From positions 1-32,036 of IMG/VR virus record IMGVR_UViG_3300025314_000066: a DNA stretch of 32,036 bases; one strand, 5' to 3'. The stretch comes from a virus. Its lineage: Duplodnaviria > Caudoviricetes. Position 1 is the stretch's first letter. Each line of letters starts with the position of its first letter. Below the pieces are notes generated by a model that worked only from the letters and a program-made list of their open reading frames with translations, ran no database searches and had not been told where the DNA came from. A program made the position numbers and the translations under genes. Below, piece by piece: positions 1-5,128 of this stretch.

Positions 1-100
1 TGTGCATCGTGTGGTGTGGTGTGGTGGTGGTGTGCCTGTGGGGAGGGGCCTGCCTTACCTACCGGGGTGGATTCGTGCGTGGGTGAGTGTGAATGTATGG
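1..100. repeat. GT-rich low-complexity tract (gtggt/gtg reiterations)
   Basis: tgtggtgtggtgtggtggtggtgtg at about 10-34 and continued G/T skew; no credible ORF. Confidence 0.6.
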
Positions 101-506
101 ATGGGACCCACCCAAACATGCAGGAAAGTCACAGGAATTCTGGGGATTCGCCTCTCGTCATCCTTGCTCGTTCCCGTCGTGTCCCTGTCCTGAGTGCCGG
201 TAGGAAACAACCCCCGGACCCCTCGTTCTCCCCCGAGTTTGGGGGAATCCTGAGGGTAAGGGTTGCTGCGGCAAGGGTAACGGCTAGCGCCGTTGCTACA
301 CTGCGTTCCGCATAGGAAGGGATAACCCCACCCCCTATAGTCCCCCTCCCCGTGATGGGTGAGTGGGTTTCGTGTTGAACACGATACGGCTCTCCGGTCC
401 GTACCAAGAGCCTGTTGGCTCCGCAAGTCCCCCGGTGGTAGTGTGCTCCCTGGCCGTTATGCGCGGCTCAGATCAATGCGTGTCTGCTGTCTTCGGTTGT
501 CCTTGC

Positions 507-515
507 AGTTTATCA
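507..515 (-). promoter_or_regulatory. Putative extended -10 promoter (TGaTAAACT)
   Basis: Minus strand reads GGTGATAAACT, matching TGnTAnnnT; lies just downstream of three operator-like boxes. Confidence 0.4.
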
Positions 516-537
516 CCGAGTTCGCAGGAAAGGAACA

Positions 538-603
538 TTGTGATTTACGTCACGATCTTTATCTTGTGATTTCTTTCACAATGTATTGTGATTTTCTGCA
601 CAA
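538..603. promoter_or_regulatory. Three tandem palindromic operator-like boxes, TGTGA-N6-TCACA (CRP-family or Rex-like)
   Basis: TGTGA-tttacg-TCACG (539-554), TGTGA-tttctt-TCACA (565-580, perfect) and TGTGA-ttttct-GCACA (587-602), in an AT-rich island. Confidence 0.7.
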
Positions 604-613
604 TGTTTATGAA

Positions 614-736
614 TGGGGCAGTGGGCGAGGATTTGCACCCCGCATGGTGTGGACATACCGGGTGCGACCCGACCTTCATTGACGTATCTCACCACACCCT
701 TACGGGATTCGCGTCTACCTATTCCGCCACCACTGC
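614..736 (-). ncRNA. Atypical 123-nt tRNA-like RNA (Leu-type D arm, expanded non-canonical centre, encoded CCA)
   Basis: Minus strand: GCAGTGG-TG-GCG GAATAGGTAGA CGC-G-[66 nt]-GCGGGG TGCAAAT CCTCGC-CCACTGC-C-CCA. Perfect 7-bp acceptor stem, D arm, T-type arm and CCA; no canonical anticodon stem. Confidence 0.8.
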
Positions 737-744
737 TGGTTACC

Positions 745-750
745 AGTATA
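745..750 (-). promoter_or_regulatory. Putative -10 box (TATACT) for the tRNA-like RNA
   Basis: TATACT ends 8 nt upstream of G1 of the tRNA-like RNA. Confidence 0.5.
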
Positions 751-756
751 GGGCAC

Positions 757-790
757 AAAAAAGGGAGCCCCGCCAATGAGAGGGCTCCCT
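757..790 (-). terminator. Rho-independent terminator
   Basis: Minus strand: AGGGAGCCC-loop-GGGCTCCCT running into a T6 tract. Confidence 0.85.
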
Positions 791-872
791 GTAAATCAGG
801 ATGGATGGTAGAGGCAAAAGTGCTATGAGATTGACCAGCCATCCTTGCAGTGGCGGAAGGTATAACGCCACA
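757..872 (-). ncRNA. Candidate ~115-nt small RNA
   Basis: Between a perfect extended -10 (878-886) and the terminator. Hairpins GTGGCG/CGCCAC and AGGATGG-C-TGGT/ACCA-T-CCATCCT; no credible ORF. Confidence 0.6.
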
Positions 873-877
873 TACAG

Positions 878-886
878 ATTATAGCA
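878..886 (-). promoter_or_regulatory. Extended -10 promoter TGcTATAAT
   Basis: Perfect TGnTATAAT consensus 3 nt downstream of the stop of the HExxH gene. Confidence 0.75.
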
Positions 887-889
887 CCA

Positions 890-1330
890 CTACGGTGTCG
901 TTTCCCGTTCCAGCCACTCAGCGGGTGTTGGCAGGAGTCGTCCCCAGTCGTAGGCAATGCCGTCGATGCAGTATTCCATTGCCGATGTTGTCGCTGCCCA
1001 CGTTGGCGCAAACATGATGACCCCAATCAGGGATTCAAGTTCAGATAACGGGTCGCGCACCGGCGCAAAGTGGCAGTGGAGGAGTTCGTGGACGCAGATA
1101 TGCCGGAACTTTTCTTCATCCCAGGACGGCCAGTCGGAACGTAGCCGGATGGTGGCTGATTTACGTCCTTCTTCTGGAGTACATGTGCCGCCAACGACTT
1201 CACTGTGTCCTTCGTCTTGTGGCGTTGAATGGCCATGGTACAGGAACCAATCGCGGAGCCCCATTTGGTCGGCAAGGAAACGGAGATAGGGGCCAATATA
1301 GTCACGGTCGCCGTCAAATATCTCACTCAT
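890..1330 (-). CDS. Hypothetical protein with HExxH zinc-metallopeptidase motif
   Basis: ICVHELLHCH motif; start at 1330 preferred because GGAGA precedes ATG (MSEIFDG). Confidence 0.7.
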   Translation of the reverse strand: MSEIFDGDRDYIGPYLRFLADQMGLRDWFLYHGHSTPQDEGHSEVVGGTCTPEEGRKSATIRLRSDWPSWDEEKFRHICVHELLHCHFAPVRDPLSELESLIGVIMFAPTWAATTSAMEYCIDGIAYDWGRLLPTPAEWLERETTP

Positions 1331-1351
1331 GCTGTTCTCCATTGGTAGATA

Positions 1352-1433
1352 GCAGAAACCCCTGCTCCCGGAAACTGGGAACAGGGGCTAAAAGTGTAGG
1401 AGGGGAAGGCAACCACGCAAAGCTCCCTCCTGC
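1352..1433 (-). ncRNA. Candidate ~80-nt small RNA or attenuator leader
   Basis: TATAAT at 1439-1444 (minus), then hairpin AGGAGGG/CCCTCCT, linker ACACTTTTA and a terminator hairpin. Confidence 0.45.
1354..1387 (-). terminator. Rho-independent terminator
   Basis: CCCCTGTTCCC-loop-GGGAGCAGGGG followed by TTTCT; the G-U pair supports the minus strand. Confidence 0.65.
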
Positions 1434-1439
1434 TGGTGA

Positions 1440-1676
1440 TTATACATCATCCCGTTTGTGGATCGTAAGCAGTTGGCCGAGCGTGCCTTCCATCAAGTGG
1501 CGCTCGATTTCGTCAATGTCCGCCCTGGCATATGTCGCTGACTTCCCGGTGATAGCGCTGTAGTAACAGAAGGTGATGGTCCCATCAACGCTATGCGACC
1601 CCATGATTAGGTGGCCTTCCGGGATGGCATCGCTTGGCGTGATTTCGAGTGGCCCAAACTCGGTGTTGATTCTCAT
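1440..1676 (-). CDS. Hypothetical phage protein (78 aa, MRINTEFG...)
   Basis: ATGA overlap with the upstream stop at 1673-1675; purine-rich RBS. Confidence 0.65.
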   Translation of the reverse strand: MRINTEFGPLEITPSDAIPEGHLIMGSHSVDGTITFCYYSAITGKSATYARADIDEIERHLMEGTLGQLLTIHKRDDV

Positions 1677-1975
1677 GGCTTCTTCCCCTTCTTCTTCTCG
1701 TATGCTTCCCGTTCCTCGACCTCTTTGATGACATCGCGCCACTTATCGGTCTCCTTTTCGTAGATTTCCTGGAACGCGGTCGCTTCCGGGTCGTCCTCGG
1801 TGATGATTTCATGGGCGTCGAAGGGGATTTCCACGTCAACACCTGGCATATCCATCATGTACCCGATGTAATCGTGCATCGGGTGACCACATTGCCGCCC
1901 CCTGCCGAGGTCAGGCACCGGATTATGCCCGAAGATGAGCACATGTTCTTTCCGGTAGGCGTCTTTATCGGTCAT
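1673..1975 (-). CDS. Hypothetical phage protein (acidic, Lys-rich tail)
   Basis: ATGA overlap with the upstream gene; realistic composition. Confidence 0.7.
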   Translation of the reverse strand: MTDKDAYRKEHVLIFGHNPVPDLGRGRQCGHPMHDYIGYMMDMPGVDVEIPFDAHEIITEDDPEATAFQEIYEKETDKWRDVIKEVEEREAYEKKKGKKP

Positions 1976-2433
1976 CCCCACCCCATTTCCTTGATTGTGT
2001 TGTGGAAGATAGGTTTCAGGTCGTCACTGTACCCAAAGCGGTCCTGGTTTATCTCAATGGATTTGGCTATGTCCCCGTTTTCATGCCGCTCCGTAGCCGC
2101 TTTCCAGTCGCAAAGCATTTCCACGACATCAAGCAAGGACATCCCCCGGATGCCGTTATCGTAATGCTCAGGATGGTGGCTGTTTGCAGCGTAATGGTGG
2201 TCAAGCGCCACTTTCATTTCGGACAACTGTGCCTTGTACTCGTCACTGCCATAGGTGAGTTCTTTCAGCCGTGGCGTTACCCTGTCAAAAACCTCCTTCT
2301 CTGGTGATTGCAACTTACTCGCGTCGTGAACAGATGCCCGGAACTCCAGTTCACTTTCAACCTCACCCAACAGGTCGCTTACCCGCTTGATATGGGCAAT
2401 GGTGTCCGCTGTGCTGTCGTACGTATCACTCAT
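1972..2433 (-). CDS. DUF5662-like HD-type protein
   Basis: H...HDASK...HHYxxNxHHPEHY...EMLCDW pattern; strong RBS AAGGAGG. Confidence 0.75.
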   Translation of the reverse strand: MSDTYDSTADTIAHIKRVSDLLGEVESELEFRASVHDASKLQSPEKEVFDRVTPRLKELTYGSDEYKAQLSEMKVALDHHYAANSHHPEHYDNGIRGMSLLDVVEMLCDWKAATERHENGDIAKSIEINQDRFGYSDDLKPIFHNTIKEMGWG

Positions 2434-2477
2434 AGTGTATCCTCCTTATAGATCAGTGTAGCATGGGAGGTGTCACG
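2434..2477. promoter_or_regulatory. Divergent promoter region
   Basis: Minus strand TGcTACACT (2456-2464) before AAGGAGG; plus strand TAGCAT before GGAGG. Separates leftward and rightward operons. Confidence 0.5.
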
Positions 2478-2723
2478 GTGTACTCAGCAGAGGATTTGGC
2501 GGATTTGGCGGGGGTCCCTGTCCGCACGGTGCGGTATTACCTGCGCCGGGGGGTGCTCTCGAAGCCATTGCCGCAGGGAGGGCGTTATGGTGGCGATCAG
2601 TACAAGCGGTTCACGGGTGAACACCTGCAACAACTTCGGGAAGTGCAGGCCATCCTGGACCGGAACATGACGCTTGACGACATCCGGGACCATTTGCACC
2701 CGGTGGAGGACGATGATGAGTGA
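2478..2723 (+). CDS. MerR-type helix-turn-helix DNA-binding protein
   Basis: YSAEDLADLAGVPVRTVRYYLRRGVL...RFTGEHLQQL...MTLDDIRD is a MerR wHTH signature; GGAGG precedes GTG 2478. Confidence 0.8.
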   Translation: MYSAEDLADLAGVPVRTVRYYLRRGVLSKPLPQGGRYGGDQYKRFTGEHLQQLREVQAILDRNMTLDDIRDHLHPVEDDDE

Positions 2724-2880
2724 GATTTTCTTCTGGATCGTGGGACTGTTCTCGGTGCCCGCGTTCTTGTTCCTGGTTACGCAGTCAAGCCATCGACGGG
2801 AACAGGTGCATGGCAAAGAGAAGTACTACTACAACCACAAACGCGGTACGTATATGCGCACAGATGGCAGTGATCGGTAA
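2716..2880 (+). CDS. Small membrane protein
   Basis: N-terminal hydrophobic helix IFFWIVGLFSVPAFLFLV; RBS GGAGGA. Confidence 0.6.
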   Translation: MSEIFFWIVGLFSVPAFLFLVTQSSHRREQVHGKEKYYYNHKRGTYMRTDGSDR

Positions 2881-2890
2881 GGAGGCAGCC

Positions 2891-3118
2891 ATGAACGCAC
2901 GCGAACAGATAGCAGAAGTTGTATGGGTATCGCAAACCAGTATAGAAGCACCGATAAAAGTCACTGATCGGATTATCGCCATTGTGCGCGAGGCATTGCT
3001 GAGCAAGTCTGCAATAACGCTGGCTGACGATATTGAGTACGAGATTGCAGCGGAGAGAGGTATGTATGAGATGACTTTGCCTACCGTGATAGATCGTGTG
3101 CTCGGTAGCGACCGATGA
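2891..3118 (+). CDS. Hypothetical phage protein (75 aa)
   Basis: AAGGAGG precedes ATG 2891; stop overlaps the terminase start (ATGA). Confidence 0.7.
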   Translation: MNAREQIAEVVWVSQTSIEAPIKVTDRIIAIVREALLSKSAITLADDIEYEIAAERGMYEMTLPTVIDRVLGSDR

Positions 3119-4947
3119 GTAGCGCCATTGCCAAGACAGGCCGGTTCTCCCCTGGTCCCCAATCACCGTTCCTTGTGGAACAGCAAACGATCCCTGCCCT
3201 TGGCGCATTGGTGCCGGAACTGGCGATTGTGCCACAGGACGCCGACGAGTGGAAACTGTGGCGCACACGGGTCAAGGCGTACAGGGAACTGCGTAGGCGG
3301 CAGTGTGAGGACAACCGCAAGGAACAGAAGATCGAAATGGACCGCTGCAAGGATGATCCGGCGTATTGGATCATCATGTACACGGCCATCTTCGAGCCCC
3401 GGAGTATTGATGGCAACCCGCCTGCATGGTATCCGTGGATTCTGTTCCCGTTTCAGGTCGGCATGATCCGCTGGATTCAGGCCACGATGGAGGAGACTGA
3501 AGGCGGACGCGGCGATGGCGTGGTCGAGAAGTCCCGCGATATGGGCGCAAGCTGGATATTCTGCGCGTATATCTCATGGGCATTTCTCTATCAGGATGTG
3601 TTTGTGGCCGGGATTATCAGTCGCAACGCGGACCAGGTGGACAAGACCAACTCATCGGATACCCTGTTCTTCAAGATCAAGGCGCTGCTGGGGCTGGTAC
3701 TGAGTGTGCCTGCCGGGTTGCGTCTGCCCGAATGGATGAAGCCGAAAGGATTGAATAATGATTCCTCTACACTCCGTACAATCGCTCATCCAACAAAACA
3801 ATGCAGCATACTTGGGGAAACCTCCACGTCACTCGCAGGTGTTGGTGGCCGCGCAACTATGCGAGTTAATGATGAGGCAGCTCGGTTTGAGAACTTCGAT
3901 GCAGCGTGGGCAAATCAGGCAGCGACGACAACTCATAGATTTGCGCTTTCCTCTGCCGACCTCAAATCCCCCGGCTTCCGTGAACTTGCCGAACTGGGCC
4001 GTGCGGGACTGGCTAACCCGTATGCGAAAGCCCCCAGTTACCTGAGACTGGACTGGTGGGTGCATCCCTTCCATACCGAGGAGTGGTTCGAGAATGAGAA
4101 AGCCCGGGCAATCAACGACTTGCACTCCTTCGAGCGCGAGTATGAAATCTCTTATGAAGCTGGCCGTGGGGAGGTGGTATACCCACGAATACAGGATGTC
4201 CAACTTGGCCATTACCCATTCGATCCGAACCTCGGAACGTTGTATTGCACCATCGACCCCGGAACAAGTGACCCTGCGGCGATCATCTGGATTCAGGACG
4301 ATCCCAAAGCCAACCGATACCGAATAGTCGATGCCTTCGAGGGCGTCGGTGGTGAGGATACGCACTTCATCGCAAGTGTCCTGACGGGCGTGTATGTCTC
4401 GGGTATCGGCGGCTACAAGTACCATCAGTACCCGGATATTGCCCGGATTATGGACTGGACGGGGAACTTGCAGGTGCCCGTGGTGTACGTGGGCGACCCG
4501 TATGGCAACCACCGTGGCGGTGACGGCAAGAAGTCCTTTTATGAAGGGCTCCGGGACGATAGCGAGAAACTGACCGGCGGTGCCAATGTGATCTATGTGA
4601 AGGCCCCAACCTCGATTGAGGTGCCTGGCATCACCACCAAGGACACACGTAACCATCTCCGGCGCAAGGTGGCGCTGAACAAGATTCTCGGCAAACTGGA
4701 CTTCAACGATACCAAGGGTGCAGCATCCGTGCTGACCGCATTGAAGGAATCCAAGTACCCGGCCCGCAAAGAAGGCCGCACGTATAGCTCGGAAATCCTG
4801 GAGCCTGCCCATGACAAGTACAGCCACCGCAGGACCGCAATGGAGTTCTTCGCGGTGAATGTGGAGCCGTTGCAGGGCTCCGGTGGCGGGATGCAACGTG
4901 CCGTGCCGCCGATCCGCCGAACAATGGGTGGCCGCACGAGAAGGTGA
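3115..4947 (+). CDS. terL: Terminase large subunit
   Basis: Q motif (LFPFQ), Walker A VVEKSRDMGASW, Walker B VNDEAA, nuclease motif TIDPGTSDP, GDP, and PAHDKYSH. Confidence 0.92.
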   Translation: MSSAIAKTGRFSPGPQSPFLVEQQTIPALGALVPELAIVPQDADEWKLWRTRVKAYRELRRRQCEDNRKEQKIEMDRCKDDPAYWIIMYTAIFEPRSIDGNPPAWYPWILFPFQVGMIRWIQATMEETEGGRGDGVVEKSRDMGASWIFCAYISWAFLYQDVFVAGIISRNADQVDKTNSSDTLFFKIKALLGLVLSVPAGLRLPEWMKPKGLNNDSSTLRTIAHPTKQCSILGETSTSLAGVGGRATMRVNDEAARFENFDAAWANQAATTTHRFALSSADLKSPGFRELAELGRAGLANPYAKAPSYLRLDWWVHPFHTEEWFENEKARAINDLHSFEREYEISYEAGRGEVVYPRIQDVQLGHYPFDPNLGTLYCTIDPGTSDPAAIIWIQDDPKANRYRIVDAFEGVGGEDTHFIASVLTGVYVSGIGGYKYHQYPDIARIMDWTGNLQVPVVYVGDPYGNHRGGDGKKSFYEGLRDDSEKLTGGANVIYVKAPTSIEVPGITTKDTRNHLRRKVALNKILGKLDFNDTKGAASVLTALKESKYPARKEGRTYSSEILEPAHDKYSHRRTAMEFFAVNVEPLQGSGGGMQRAVPPIRRTMGGRTRR

Positions 4948-4953
4948 TATACT
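4945..4953 (+). promoter_or_regulatory. Extended -10 promoter TGaTATACT overlapping the terL stop
   Basis: TGnTATACT about 10 nt upstream of the structured RNA. Confidence 0.55.
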
Positions 4954-4959
4954 GCTATT

Positions 4960-5064
4960 ACAGGGCGGCGTTGTTCGATGACAACGAGACTTCAGGTTGA
5001 ACTCCTGATCGGCGCCGCTCACAGAAACGCTGCGGACCTTGAAGCCCGTGGCGTTTCTGTTTGT
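4960..5064 (+). ncRNA. Candidate structured RNA with tRNA minihelix-like fold
   Basis: GGGCGGCGTTG (4963-4973) pairs with CGGCGCCGCTC (5010-5020); adjacent 5-bp stem with 7-nt loop TCAGG-TTGAACT-CCTGA (4992-5008). Confidence 0.55.
5021..5064 (+). terminator. Rho-independent terminator
   Basis: ACAGAAACGCTGCGG/CCGTGGCGTTTCTGT 15-bp stem with G-U pairs valid on +, followed by TTGT. Confidence 0.75.
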
Positions 5065-5128
5065 CTGGCAGTTCCGGTGTTAGCATCATCGCGATAATCA
5101 TGGTAATGCGTCAGCGCTGGAGTTGCAT

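Noticed and set aside
538-606. Mini CRISPR array
   Set aside because: Repeats are 16-18-bp palindromes with only 6-10-bp gaps; no spacer-length unique segments and no cas genes.
614-736. Call as a standard tRNA-Leu(TAA), tmRNA or group I intron-containing tRNA
   Set aside because: Anticodon stem unpaired, G33 and C73; no G3-U70 or tag ORF; insert far too short for a group I intron.
2-842. Short ORFs in the left region
   Set aside because: No RBS or motifs, and they overlap the tRNA-like RNA, operator boxes and terminator.
3829-5022. 397-aa antisense ORF over terL (likewise 7036-8334 and 5141-6100)
   Set aside because: Overlaps well-supported genes; composition typical of antisense shadow frames.
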